Source: an uncultured Acidobacteriota bacterium
GTDB lineage: Bacteria; Acidobacteriota; UBA6911
Length of the DNA stretch: 64,000 nt
Assembly (NCBI GenBank): GCA_963809485.1
Contig: CAWEJX010000012.1
Span: forward strand, 224,001-288,000
Direction: 5' to 3'
Part shown: positions 1 to 10,628 of the stretch, piece by piece
How positions within the stretch are numbered: position 1 is the first letter of the stretch
Layout: each line of letters starts with the position of its first letter
Notes under the pieces: generated by a model
What the model saw: the letters and a program-made list of their open reading frames with translations, nothing else
Told to the model about the DNA's origin: nothing
Databases searched by the model: none
Translations under genes and position numbers: made by a program

Positions 1-1612
1 TTATCCAATGACCTGTCCTTGGCGAAGGTGGATCCATTCGTACAGTGCCAGCGCATTATTGACAGTCAGGGCGGATACAGCAACGGGATTGGACACGCAA
101 TAGAATGCCAGGAAGGCTATGACGCGTTTCTGGAAATGGAAAAGATGGGCGGCAAGATGAGAGATACCGAAGATGAGTTCGTTGGCGCCCCGGGACGGGA
201 TGACAAGACCAAGCTGGTAGTCGCATCCAGGTATCAGCCGGACAAATAATTCTCTTCGCTTTTGGGGAACGACGGTTAAGCCTGCACTGAAGAAAGAGTG
301 CGAGCGTTTAGGGGTCAAAATATTTGACAGGATCATGGGCACCAGCCTGCTGAACGAAAATGGCATCCACGGCGCCAGGGTTGCAGGCGCAACAGGAGTT
401 AATACCAGAACCGGCGAATTCATGATTTTCAAAGCCAAAGCAATCATCCTGGCCACGGCGGGAATCGGATCCGTTTGGGTTTTTAACACGGAATTGGCGG
501 GCATTTCCACCTTCAGGTCCCGCAATGCGTCCGGAGACGGAACGGTTATGGCATATAGGGCCGGCGCCGAGATAACCATGATGGAGAAGTCTGGACTTCT
601 GTACCTGGGAACCGGTTATAAACATAAGATCGATTCAGCCGGCAACGATCCGGTCTTCGAAAATGTTCCATCCGTTGATGACAATGGCAAAGCTTTAACA
701 ACTTCAGTGACAGTTCGCGAGGCTGTGCTCAAAGGAGAGCTTGCTTTGCCTTTCTGGGGAGACTTCCCCGCCATGTCGGAAGGCTGGAGGAAGATCAATT
801 GGGATTTGGGGTACAGGGAAGAGTCAACGGCGATAGCCATGCGAAGATGTTTCGAGAGCGCCGGGTATGACCCCACGAAGGATCTGATGATGAATCATAC
901 CCTGATAGAGGGAACCTCACCCGCCCATTTCCGCTCTCCCGACAGCATGAACGACCGCGGCGGCGTTGTTGTCGACTGGGATTTGAGAACTACTTTGGAA
1001 GGGCTGTATGCCGCCGGAGAACAAATGTTTGCCCCTGCAGCCCATGGTTATGCGGCCGCTACCGGCAGATATGCCGGCAGAAAAGCGGCGGCCTATGCCT
1101 CCCAAGCAAGCCAACCGGCAATATCAAGGGACCAGATCATGCGTGAGAAGGCCCGCGTTTACGCTCCAATTAAAAGGAAGGAAGGCATAGAGTGGAAGGA
1201 ACTGCATGCCGGAATTTCGCGGATGATGCAGTACTTCTGCAGCGAATATAAAACTGAAAAGCTCCTAAATATGGGGCTGGACGCGCTTAACGAAATTGAA
1301 AAAGACTTTGTTCCCAAGCTCTATGCCCTTGATCCGCACAAGCTGATGCGCAGCCTTGAGGATCTGAGCATTCTCACATTCTCTCAACTGATCATCCACG
1401 GATCCCTGGCGCGCAAGGCCAGCAGCCGGCCTTTGAATTTCCAAAGGATAGACTATCCGCAAATGGACCCGCCCGAATGGAAGAAGTTCATTACTCTTAA
1501 GCTGGTGGACGGCAAAGTGAAGGTTGGAGATCTGCCGCATGCTTATTGGGGCAATCTCAAGGAAAACTACGAAGCGCACAATAGAGACTACAAAGCCATG
1601 TACGCTGCATAG
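1..1612 (+). CDS. FAD-binding flavoprotein, AprA / succinate dehydrogenase-fumarate reductase flavoprotein-like (5' end outside window, one frameshift near 240)
   Basis: Frame 1 ORF to 249 continues in frame 2 (NSLRFWGTTVKPALKKECERLGVKIFDRIMGTSLL) into ORF 335..1612; motifs KAKAIILATAG, GDGTVMAYRAGA, GGVVVDWDLRTTLEGLYAAGE, C-terminal ARKAS..RIDYP. Confidence 0.8.
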
Positions 1613-1648
1613 CGAATCGTTGACTGAGAACCGCTTTAGTTAGCATTG

Positions 1649-1883
1649 AGTCAGGCACCTCCGGCAAAGCCGGAGGCTTGAAAGATTGGAACCGCTCAAA
1701 GCGGTTGGGCTAGTTACGCCGGTCTTGAATGCCGACTTACGCGGGCAAAAGCCGATGAGGCGCTTCCGACCCGCGCCGAACAAATCGGCGTTTGTCAGCG
1801 CTTTTCTCAGCGTTTCTCAGCGTTTCAAAATACGGAGCTGTCAAACTCTTTGAGTCCCCCGGCAGAGCCGGGGGTTTACCAAT
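1649..1883. mobile_element. Non-autonomous IS200/IS605-like element (PATE/MITE-like), copy 1
   Basis: Hairpins CCTCCGGC-AAA-GCCGGAGG, AACCGC-TCAAA-GCGGTT and CCCCCGGC-AGA-GCCGGGGG; close copy at 38564..38787; no transposase ORF. Confidence 0.7.
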
Positions 1884-2084
1884 GTCATTAGGAGAGATGA
1901 AGGCTGAAAAATATTTTTCAGCCTTGCCGATCCTGCGTTCGAGTTCGTCGGCTCGCGCTTGCAGCTTTGTCAGCTGCCCGCCAGGATCAGGGGCGGCCGG
2001 GTTCGCGAATCCGGGGTTGGCGTGTTCAAAGCTAAGGCAGCAGAGCGCAGCTGCCGGCACATAGCCGAACAATCGATTTCTCAT
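1884..2084 (-). pseudogene. Truncated 5' end of a secreted protein, possibly a SnoaL-type paralogue, cut off at the repeat element
   Basis: GGAGG RBS, signal-like N-terminus, coiled segment QLTKLQARADELERRIGKAE similar to the pre-SnoaL helices of 2180..4159; frame then runs into the repeat. Confidence 0.5.
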
Positions 2085-2179
2085 AAATGCACAACCTCCT
2101 GATTTGCCAAAGCATGATCCAAACCATCTGACGGATGACAGGAACGTCTCTGTTCCAGATTTTCATGGCCCCGTTTCTT

Positions 2180-4159
2180 TTACCTCTGGGTCACCGGATT
2201 TTTATAGTGGAAAGGAGCTGCAAAGGTTGCAGGGTACGGCTCATACATAACCGTCGGCGGGCGGTCCGGCGGCAAGCCCTTCTCCGGACGAGCGCCCGGC
2301 GATGTGCTTTTGCCCCAACCGTCCGCGTAAGGTGTGCAGAACCTGGAATAGGCGTGCAGAGTTTTGATTCTCCAGATCGTGCCCTCTTTGACGTATTCGT
2401 TTTCATAGGTGCCGGCACCCCAGGCCGCGGATTTCCTGTATTCGCCGAGTTCACTGAGGAACCGCCAGCGACCCTTGGCCGTCTTGCCGTCCGGAGCTAC
2501 GTCAATTATGGGTTGCAGTTGAAGGTGGTTGAATAGCTTTCCTCGCGTCAAACCGTCCGGCGAAATCCGGACAAGATATTCGAGTACCCTCGACTTGCCT
2601 GCGAATACACCCTGTCCGCCGATTTCGAGCGTGCCGTCATCCGCGAAGAGATCGGCGGCTTCTTTCCAGAGCTGCTTGTCGACATAGAACCCGTAGATCC
2701 GCTGCAGGTTTTCGATGGCGCTCTCGTCTTCGAGCCGTTGTATCCGATTCCCGACGCTCAGGAATGCAGCCCGCGCTTCTTCCGGGATCCGCAATGCTGC
2801 TCCTTCGGGCTTCGCTGCCGCACTCTGACCCGCTGCCGGATTCTTATAGTGGAACGGTGGAATATAGATTCCCGGGAAGCTCTCATAAGTTTCGCTGGGA
2901 GGCTTGTCGGGAGGGATTTTGTCGCTGACCTTGGGGGCCTGCCGTGCGCCCATGGCCCAACCCGTATCGTAGGGGGCAAAGAAAGTCGTGTAGAGGTGGT
3001 CCTTCTTGAATTTCCAGATTCCCTTTTCCTTGACGAGCTCGTTCTCGTACACGCTGTCGCCCCAAATTCCGATGCTCTCAAAAGTGCCCAACTGGCTCAG
3101 CGCGCGGCTGCGAACCCTTGCATGCTGTCCGTCCGGCTCCACATGGATGACCGGTTGCATCTGGATGTGATTGTGCAAGTGATTGCGCTCGATGTTTTGC
3201 GGACCAAACAAGTCCCACGCTCGCCTCACGCCTTTCCTGCCGACATAAATGCCGCGCTGGGAGATTTCCATCGTTGAGTCGTCAACGAACAGATCGGTCA
3301 GTAGATTCCATTGCTGTTTATCGAGGTAGTAACCGTACATCGAAATGAGGTTTTCAATTTCCTCTACGTCTTGAAGAAGTCGGATGCGGTGTGCCAGTGC
3401 AGCGATCGTCGGGTCGGTATCCATCGACTTGCCTGAAGAGGCAGGCGTTGGATTTTCGTAGTGAAAAGGCGGCGTGTACACGCCCGGCCACACTTCGTAA
3501 CGTTCGCTTGGAGGCCTGTCCGGAGGGATGCGCTTCGAGACGTAGATGCCGCCCGTGCTATCCCGGTTCTTAGCCCATCCGCCTCTGTATGGCACCATGA
3601 AAGTCTGATACCAATGCAGCTTGCGGATCCTCCAGATGCCGTTCAGCTTGACATACTCGTTCTCGTAAACGCCTTCGCCCCAAAAGGCGTTTTGGCCCAA
3701 CTGTCCCGCCATGATGAGCGCGCGCCAGCGCGCCTTTGCCGTACGGCCGTCTCCCGCAACACTCACTACCGGCTGGAGCATGAGATGTTCGTTGAGCTGG
3801 CCGCGCCTCAAACCTTCGCGTCCGCCGCCCGAGGCTAACAGATACTGGCGGACTCGCTGCTGTCCCACGTAGACGCCGTCAAGCCCGATTTCGATCGTGC
3901 CTTGTGGGTCAAAGAGATCCGCCGCCTGGTTCCACATCGCCTGGTCGACGTAATAGCCGTAGGCACGCTGCAAGCGCTTCAGGGCGCGCACATCTTTAAT
4001 GCGGTCAGCCTCGTTCTCGAGCTGCCCGAGTTGCCTTTGAAGAACGACGCGCCTTTCGCGGTCTTCTGCTTTATTGCGTAATGGCCTGTTGCATGAAACC
4101 GCCAGTACCCACACAGCAGCAATTGCTGCAACACCGATGCAAGGAAGAAGAGGTTTCAT
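2180..4159 (-). CDS. Secreted protein or lipoprotein with three tandem SnoaL-like (NTF2-fold) domains
   Basis: Three repeats of L..YG[YF]Y.D...W....DLF...H...QP.I.V..DG..A..R.R..G.YENE.VK..G.W; N-terminal VLAVSC lipobox-like signal. Confidence 0.85.
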   Translation of the reverse strand: MKPLLPCIGVAAIAAVWVLAVSCNRPLRNKAEDRERRVVLQRQLGQLENEADRIKDVRALKRLQRAYGYYVDQAMWNQAADLFDPQGTIEIGLDGVYVGQQRVRQYLLASGGGREGLRRGQLNEHLMLQPVVSVAGDGRTAKARWRALIMAGQLGQNAFWGEGVYENEYVKLNGIWRIRKLHWYQTFMVPYRGGWAKNRDSTGGIYVSKRIPPDRPPSERYEVWPGVYTPPFHYENPTPASSGKSMDTDPTIAALAHRIRLLQDVEEIENLISMYGYYLDKQQWNLLTDLFVDDSTMEISQRGIYVGRKGVRRAWDLFGPQNIERNHLHNHIQMQPVIHVEPDGQHARVRSRALSQLGTFESIGIWGDSVYENELVKEKGIWKFKKDHLYTTFFAPYDTGWAMGARQAPKVSDKIPPDKPPSETYESFPGIYIPPFHYKNPAAGQSAAAKPEGAALRIPEEARAAFLSVGNRIQRLEDESAIENLQRIYGFYVDKQLWKEAADLFADDGTLEIGGQGVFAGKSRVLEYLVRISPDGLTRGKLFNHLQLQPIIDVAPDGKTAKGRWRFLSELGEYRKSAAWGAGTYENEYVKEGTIWRIKTLHAYSRFCTPYADGWGKSTSPGARPEKGLPPDRPPTVMYEPYPATFAAPFHYKNPVTQR

Positions 4160-4206
4160 GGATAGCCCTCACCAGGCATGCGACTCCCTTTGGAGTCTTT
4201 CGATTA

Positions 4207-5970
4207 TCATTGCGTGATTCGCGCGGCTCCGGGAACCGCGTTGCACAACGGCGCTTTTACAGGTTCGATCTCCGGAGCATCCGGAATAACCGGCAACAGC
4301 AAATGGGACGGATGTTTCCGGTCATGGTAAATGGAGATCTCAGCCTTCGCCGGCGATAAAGGTGTTTCCACGTACCGGGACGTGGCGTCCCAAGTTGAAT
4401 AAAGCGCATCATCGCTGGCAATTTTTAGCCAGATTCTGCAGCCTTTTTTGAATGTTTTGAATACCGGTTGGAGCTCTATCTGAAATTCGTATATCGTATT
4501 CGGCTTTATATTTTCGGGATTCCGAAACGAATGCCACGGCATTCCGGGTCGCGAGATGGCCTGGTCGACCTCTCTGAATTTCGCTTTCAGACACCCCCAG
4601 CTCCATATCTGTACTTCCTGCGGCGTGCAATTGTCGTTCGCCTCGGGCTTAATTTCAGGATTACGCGTCACAGGATTCAGTGGCACGCCGTGAGGAACCA
4701 TTTCACCCATCTTCACAAAGAATGACCAATCTGAGGTGACTTCTTCCGTTGTCGAAGCGAATAAACTGAAGCTGACCGGGCCCCAAATACGGAGGTCCTC
4801 TTCGAGCGGCATGGACACGTAAGCAACATTTGCAGGATGGGTGGCAGGGGTGGCGGCGGATAGACCGTAAGAGGCCATGAGGGCCGTATTCAAGCTGATG
4901 TTATGGTAAACGTCCGGCTCTTCTTCCTCAGGCAGCCGTTGGCTGAGGAGACCGTACGGTTCCTTCGCTGTGGTTTTCCTGCGCAAGTAGTGCTTTACCC
5001 ATCGGGTGCGTTTCACCGGATATTCATTTTCGTGGCGCCACCGACCGGTGCCATTGTCATATATCGCAACTTCAGGTTCATCCATTATCCCCGTGTCGAT
5101 ACCTTTCAACCAGTGGTCGAGCCATCGAAGAATGTGCTGATTAAAGGAAGTGGTTTCAAATATCCACGGCTGGTAGTTCTCGTTCGTCCATGGTGTAATG
5201 ATAAGTTTTTTGGGTGACCTTATATTCGCATAGGATCTCAGGTGATACATCGCATGCAGCCGATTAGGCGTGTGCACAAGATTCAGTATAGGAGCCTGGA
5301 TCTTGTCGACATGCTTCCATCCGCCGCCATGCTTCCACCAGAACGGACCGTCTTCGGTGTTGGCAAGGATCTCCGCGATAACGTTCATAGGCGGTTCTTT
5401 GCCGCGGACCGGGCCAGGCCAAATAGCCGCCATTGTCAGTCCTGAAACCAGTCCGAGGACAAAAGGCTTGCGCAACACACCGCCGGGATAACAGAGCCCC
5501 CTGTAGTTATCCGTCGTCCCCAGCACTACCAGGGCCTTTAAATGGGGGGGATTCAGCGGAGCCGTAATCCACTGCATGACTCCGTATCCCGATGCGCCCA
5601 TCATGGCCACGCTGCCGTTGCACCAAGACTGCCCGGCAATCCATTCAATGATGTCGTAGCCGTCCTGAGCCGCTTGCGGGCCGTGAAGCGAGAATTTCCC
5701 TTCGTTAAAACCGCTGCCTCTTTCCGCCGCCTGAACGCAAACATATCCCTTCGGGCAATAGAAGGCAGGCTTGGCGCTTTCGAAAAAACGTTCTTTCTGG
5801 AACGGCGAATATGCCAGAATTGCCGGCCACGGCTCCTGCATCCCGGCCGGTCTATAAACGTCAACGGCGAGTCTTATGCCATCCCGCATCGTAACGGGAA
5901 CATTCTTATCAAGAACAACTCCTGGCGGGATGGGATCAGGGTATACGACACCCCCACGGTCCATTCTCAT
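4207..5970 (-). CDS. CocE/NonD family hydrolase
   Basis: VTMRDGIRLAVDVYRP, DGYDIIEWIAGQSWCNGSVAMMGASGYG, C-terminal IYHD..HPSHLLLPV; start moved to ATG 5970 behind AAGGA RBS. Confidence 0.88.
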   Translation of the reverse strand: MRMDRGGVVYPDPIPPGVVLDKNVPVTMRDGIRLAVDVYRPAGMQEPWPAILAYSPFQKERFFESAKPAFYCPKGYVCVQAAERGSGFNEGKFSLHGPQAAQDGYDIIEWIAGQSWCNGSVAMMGASGYGVMQWITAPLNPPHLKALVVLGTTDNYRGLCYPGGVLRKPFVLGLVSGLTMAAIWPGPVRGKEPPMNVIAEILANTEDGPFWWKHGGGWKHVDKIQAPILNLVHTPNRLHAMYHLRSYANIRSPKKLIITPWTNENYQPWIFETTSFNQHILRWLDHWLKGIDTGIMDEPEVAIYDNGTGRWRHENEYPVKRTRWVKHYLRRKTTAKEPYGLLSQRLPEEEEPDVYHNISLNTALMASYGLSAATPATHPANVAYVSMPLEEDLRIWGPVSFSLFASTTEEVTSDWSFFVKMGEMVPHGVPLNPVTRNPEIKPEANDNCTPQEVQIWSWGCLKAKFREVDQAISRPGMPWHSFRNPENIKPNTIYEFQIELQPVFKTFKKGCRIWLKIASDDALYSTWDATSRYVETPLSPAKAEISIYHDRKHPSHLLLPVIPDAPEIEPVKAPLCNAVPGAARITQ

Positions 5971-6030
5971 AGATGATTCCTTGGTTTCGCAATGCGTTCG
6001 GGAACCGAAATCTTTCCTGGAAACCGTCAT

Positions 6031-6075
6031 TTTAACACAATAACTGTCACATATCTGTGACAATATTCTTGACAA
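6031..6075. promoter_or_regulatory. Palindromic operator TGTCACA-N4-TGTGACA with adjacent TTGACA -35 box in a divergent promoter
   Basis: Palindrome at 6045..6062; the whole 45 bp block recurs inverted at 23848..23892. Confidence 0.75.
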
Positions 6076-6108
6076 CGCACCGAAAGCTCCGATAGTAAGA
6101 GTTCACCT

Positions 6109-7443
6109 ATGAATCTCATGTTGCTGATTTGTGCGTTGGTAGCTGCTCTGGGCGGGTTTTTGTTCGGATTCGATACGGTCGTTATTTCGGGAGCCGAACA
6201 GTCAATCCAATCGCTTTGGGGGCTTAGTGCAACCGTTCATGGTCTTGTCATCAGCATGACTTTATGGGGCACGGTGCTCGGATCCTTAGCCGGCGGTTGG
6301 CCGACCGAGAGGTGGGGGCGCAAGAAGACACTGATTGGAATCGGCCTTCTTTATTTGACTGGCTCGATTGGGTCCGGGCTTGCAGCGGGCGTGCATTCCC
6401 TGATGTTCGCCAGGTTTATTTGCGGGATCGGAATCGGGATTTCGACCGTAGTGGCTCCACTGTACATTTCCGAAATAGCGCCACCCAATTTGCGGGGAAG
6501 GCTGACTGGAATGTTTCAGTTCAATATCGTCTTCGGCATTCTCGTGGCCTATGCCTCCAACGCGCTGCTGGCGAATTCCGGTGAGAACGCCTGGCGCTGG
6601 ATGCTGGGAGTGGCGGCTTTCCCATCCTTGCTCTACACCTTGTTTTCCATGGCTCTCGTCGAAAGTCCACGCTGGCTGATCACCCATTCCGGGAACCGAG
6701 CAGCCGGTTCCCACGCGCTTCAGCGGATCAATCCAAGGATGAGGGATACGGATTTGCAGATCTTGGTTGACGAGATTCAAGCGGCTGCTCATCGGAACGA
6801 GGCCGATGAGCGTTTCTTCAGGCGCAGACTGAAGCGTCCGATTGGGTTGGCCTTTTTGATTGCGTTTTTTAACCAACTCTCCGGTATCAATGCGGTGCTC
6901 TATTTCGCCCCTCGTATCTTTGAGATGACGGGACTGCAGAGCAGTTCCGCAATGCTGCAGTCGGTCGGCATCGGATGGACCAATCTCGTCTTCACCTTCG
7001 CAGGCCTATGGCTCATCGACCATCTTGGCCGCCGAACTCTGTTGATCATCGGCTCTTTCGGATACATCATTTCCCTGGGCCTTTGTTCCTGGGCCTTCTA
7101 CGCGCAGCATTTCACCATCGTACCTTTTTGCATTTTCGCGTTCATCGCCGCGCATGCTGTGGGACAGGGAGCGGTAATCTGGGTCTTCATCAGCGAGATC
7201 TTCCCTAACCGTCATCGCGCAGCCGGACAGGCTCTTGGCAGTTCCACGCATTGGCTTTTTGCAGCACTGCTGACGCTGTTTTTCCCGACGATGACGGAGC
7301 GCATGGCACCGGGAACCATCTTCGCATTCTTCTGCTTCATGATGTGTTTGCAGTTGTTGTGGGTCCGCTTCATGGTGCATGAAACCAAGGGTGTGCCGCT
7401 CGAAAAAATGATGCAGGAATTGGGGATCGAATCTTCGGAATAG
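6109..7443 (+). CDS. Sugar porter family MFS transporter (XylE/GalP-like)
   Basis: GGFLFGFDTVVISGA, YISEIAP..RG, QLSGINAVLYFAP, ETKG motifs; hydrophobic multi-TM pattern. Confidence 0.93.
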   Translation: MNLMLLICALVAALGGFLFGFDTVVISGAEQSIQSLWGLSATVHGLVISMTLWGTVLGSLAGGWPTERWGRKKTLIGIGLLYLTGSIGSGLAAGVHSLMFARFICGIGIGISTVVAPLYISEIAPPNLRGRLTGMFQFNIVFGILVAYASNALLANSGENAWRWMLGVAAFPSLLYTLFSMALVESPRWLITHSGNRAAGSHALQRINPRMRDTDLQILVDEIQAAAHRNEADERFFRRRLKRPIGLAFLIAFFNQLSGINAVLYFAPRIFEMTGLQSSSAMLQSVGIGWTNLVFTFAGLWLIDHLGRRTLLIIGSFGYIISLGLCSWAFYAQHFTIVPFCIFAFIAAHAVGQGAVIWVFISEIFPNRHRAAGQALGSSTHWLFAALLTLFFPTMTERMAPGTIFAFFCFMMCLQLLWVRFMVHETKGVPLEKMMQELGIESSE

Positions 7444-7512
7444 ATGCCTTGCAGAACGGGCAGGGACTCCTGGACCGCAAAAGTGCCGAACTGCGCCGGA
7501 AAGGGCAAAGAC

Positions 7513-8861
7513 ATGACGAATTGGAAATGCTGTATTTCGTCGAGGCTGGTCGCCGCAATACTGTGCGCCTTTGGCGTGTTGCTTTTTTGCCAATGCTCAA
7601 AGAACAACTCCACCTCCGCTGAAATCCACCTTCTGCTGAACCGGCACCCCTTTACAGAATCAATCCTGCGATTCCTGCCGGAGTACGAGCGAAAGACCGG
7701 AGTCAAGGTCACGCACGCTGCTCCTGTCCGAAGAGGAGTATTTTGAAAAGCTCATTACGGAGCTTTCCAGCCGCAGTTCGTTCTATGACCTGTTCATGCT
7801 GGGTTTTCCGCACTTGTGGCAATATGCCAAGGCCGGGTGGCTCGAACCTCTGGATCCGTATATTGAGAATCCCAACCTTACGCCCGTAAACTGGGATTTC
7901 CATGATTTTTTCCCGGAGCTCATTGCCTGTTCCAGGTGGAATCTTAAGCAAGGCACAGGCATGGGTGAAGGACCCTTGTGGGCGCTTCCGGTAAACGAAG
8001 AAGCCTATATAATCTTTTATCGCAGGGATCTGTTCGAACGTTTCCGTATCGAGCCTCCCGCTACCTATGAGGAAGTATACAAAGCGGCCAAAGCCCTGAC
8101 TCGCAAAGTGGACGGCCAGCAAATCTATGGATTCGGCCATAGGGGCGTACGGAGCTGGTCGACCATCCATCCCGGATACCTGACTGCGTTTGCCTCCTGG
8201 GGAGCAATGGATTTCGACGAATCCATGCATTGCGTGATCGATAGCCCCCAAGGCATCGAAATCACGGACCTGTTCATCCGGACATTGAAGCAAGGCGGGC
8301 CGCCCGGCTGGCCCAGCTATACCTGGTATGAAGGCAAAGAGGCGTTCCTTTCAGGCAGATTCGCAATGTGGTTCGACGCAAATCACCAGGCTGCCGCCTT
8401 TGAGAATCCCGCCAAGTCTCAAATTGCCGGAAAGGTGGGATATCTGCTCCCGCCGGCGGGGTCCGGCGGCCAGATCAGGTCCAGCACCTGGATATGGAGT
8501 CTGGCCATGAATGCAGCTTCCAGGAAAAAGGACGTAGCCTGGCGGTTTCTCACATGGGCTACGAGCAAAGAAATGCTTCAGCGGACCGTTCCCCATGAGA
8601 ACATAAATCCCACGCGCAGGTCCGTATGGGAACGATCCCCAAACGGTGGAGGCCACAAACTGGGCCCAGGGCGAGTATCGTCGCACAGCGCAATTGCTCC
8701 TTTCAGAGTATGCCAGGATCCGGTGGACTCCATCGACCTATGTCACTCAGGCCGGCGATCGATGGGCCGCGGCTCTGCAGGAAATCTACGAAGGGAGTCG
8801 AACTGCGGAACAGGCCTTAAAGAGCGCAGCGGAGGACATTAATCAGATGGTGAGGAAGTAA
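7513..8861 (+). CDS. Sugar/polyol ABC transporter substrate-binding protein (frameshifts near 7730 and 8640)
   Basis: Signal with Cys (LFCQCSK), PEYERKTGVKV, LEPLDPYI, IFYRRDLF..PPATYEE, AWRFLTWATSKE; three consecutive frames form one protein. Confidence 0.82.
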
Positions 8862-8867
8862 TCCCCC

Positions 8868-9770
8868 ATGGCCGATCACGCTTTGCGCACGCAGCGCTTG
8901 AATCCTCCCAACACAAGCCTGCCCTATCTACTGACTTTGCCTGCATTCATCGCCCTGGTCGGTATTCTTTATCCCTTTATCCTGGGCGTGTACTATACAT
9001 TCACCGATTACACTCTGACCGATCCGGGAAATATCCAATTCGTCGGCCTGGCAAACTACCTCGATATCTTCAGGAGCATCGATTTCTGGAAGGCTTTCGG
9101 CCTGACTTTTGTTTTTGCCGCGTCCGTCGTAATAATCGAGCTGGCTTTGGGCCTCGGGGTGGCCCTGTTGCTCAAAGATACATTTCCAGGTGTTCGTATT
9201 CTGCAGTCCTTTTTGATCATCCCCATGATGATTCCCCCCATTATCAGTGCACTGATGTGGAAGGTAATCCTTCTCCCCACGGACCAAGGCGTGTTAAACC
9301 GCATCCTTGACCTTGTCGGGATCGAGCCCATTGCCTGGCTGGGGGATTCTGCTACGGCGCTGGTCTCCCTGATCCTCATCGATGTCTGGATCTATTCGCC
9401 TTTTGCGATACTCATTTTCCTGGCCGGGTTGCAGTCCCTGCCTAAGGAGCCGTATGAGGCAGCCCGGGTGGATGGAGCATCGGGCTGGTTTATGTTCCGC
9501 AAGCTTACGCTTCCCTTGCTCCTGCCATGCATCGTGCTGGTAACGCTCTTCCGCCTGATCGATTCGCTTAAGGTTTTCGATATTATCTATGCCACGACCA
9601 AGGGTGGCCCGGCCGGAGCCACTATGACGCTGCATATTCAGAGCTATTTTGAGGCCATTCGATGGTTCAGAATGGGCAGGGGTATGGTTTACCTTTTTGT
9701 CCTTTGGCTCCTGTGTTTCACTTTCTCCAAAGCTCTAAGCAGGCTCTGGACCAAGGCGCTGATGCGATGA
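8868..9770 (+). CDS. Carbohydrate ABC transporter permease 1
   Basis: FVGLANY, EAARVDGA EAA loop, TTKGGP. Confidence 0.92.
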   Translation: MADHALRTQRLNPPNTSLPYLLTLPAFIALVGILYPFILGVYYTFTDYTLTDPGNIQFVGLANYLDIFRSIDFWKAFGLTFVFAASVVIIELALGLGVALLLKDTFPGVRILQSFLIIPMMIPPIISALMWKVILLPTDQGVLNRILDLVGIEPIAWLGDSATALVSLILIDVWIYSPFAILIFLAGLQSLPKEPYEAARVDGASGWFMFRKLTLPLLLPCIVLVTLFRLIDSLKVFDIIYATTKGGPAGATMTLHIQSYFEAIRWFRMGRGMVYLFVLWLLCFTFSKALSRLWTKALMR

Positions 9771-10625
9771 TGACTTCCCGCCGGTTCCGACGCATTCTCA
9801 AAACTCTGGGCCTTAGCGCATATTTCACTTTTGCTCTGGGACCCATTATTTGGATAGCCATGATGTCTTTGAAGAACTCCAACGATGTCATAGCCAGTCC
9901 TCCAAAATTTGTGTTCACTCCCACCCTGGAGAACTACAAAGCTATTACAGTGGGCCAGTATGCGCATGAACGTGGAGGCCGTGAGACCCGATTTTCCGAG
10001 GTACTTCCTGAACACTTTGATTATTGCATCCGCCACCGTCGTAGTTTCACTTCTTTTAGGGATTTTTGCCGCATACAGCCTGGCTCGATTTTCTTTTCGG
10101 TTCAAGGAAGACATCGCCTTCACCTTTCTGAGTTTCCGATTTGCGCCGGAACTCATGATTATCCTCCCGCTGTATGTTGTCTTTCAAAAAATAGGTCTGA
10201 TCGATTCCTACTCCGGCCTCACCGCAGCTTATCAATTGATCACCTTACCGTTCCTGATCTGGGTTCTGAGGGGATTTTTCGAAGATATTCCTCGAGAGAT
10301 TGAACAGGCCGCACGCGTGGACGGATATACGTGGTGGGGTGTTTTCCGCAGGATTTCCCTGCCTCTGGCTAAACCAGGCATTGCTGCGGTGGTGATCCTG
10401 TCTTTTATCTTCGCGTGGAATAATTTCATATTTTCCATGATCCTGGGAGGCGAGCGCACCCAGACCATCACGCTGGGCATATTGGGATTTATCGGATACG
10501 AGCGTGTTCTCTGGGGACAAATGGCCGCCGCTACCATGATCTGTGTGATCCCGGAGCTTATCCTGGCGTTTTTTGTGCAGAGCTATATTGTGCGCGGATT
10601 GACCTTCGGTGCAGTAAAGGGGTAA
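9767..10625 (+). CDS. Carbohydrate ABC transporter permease 2 (frameshift near 9960)
   Basis: N-part FTPTLENY in one frame; FLNTLII..EQAARVDG..FIFAWN..GLTFGAVKG in the next. Confidence 0.85.
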
Positions 10626-10628
10626 CAA

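Noticed and set aside
5971-6075. Shared peptide SQICD.YCVK in ORFs at 6075 and 23812
   Set aside because: Artefact of translating the shared DNA operator; neither stretch is likely coding
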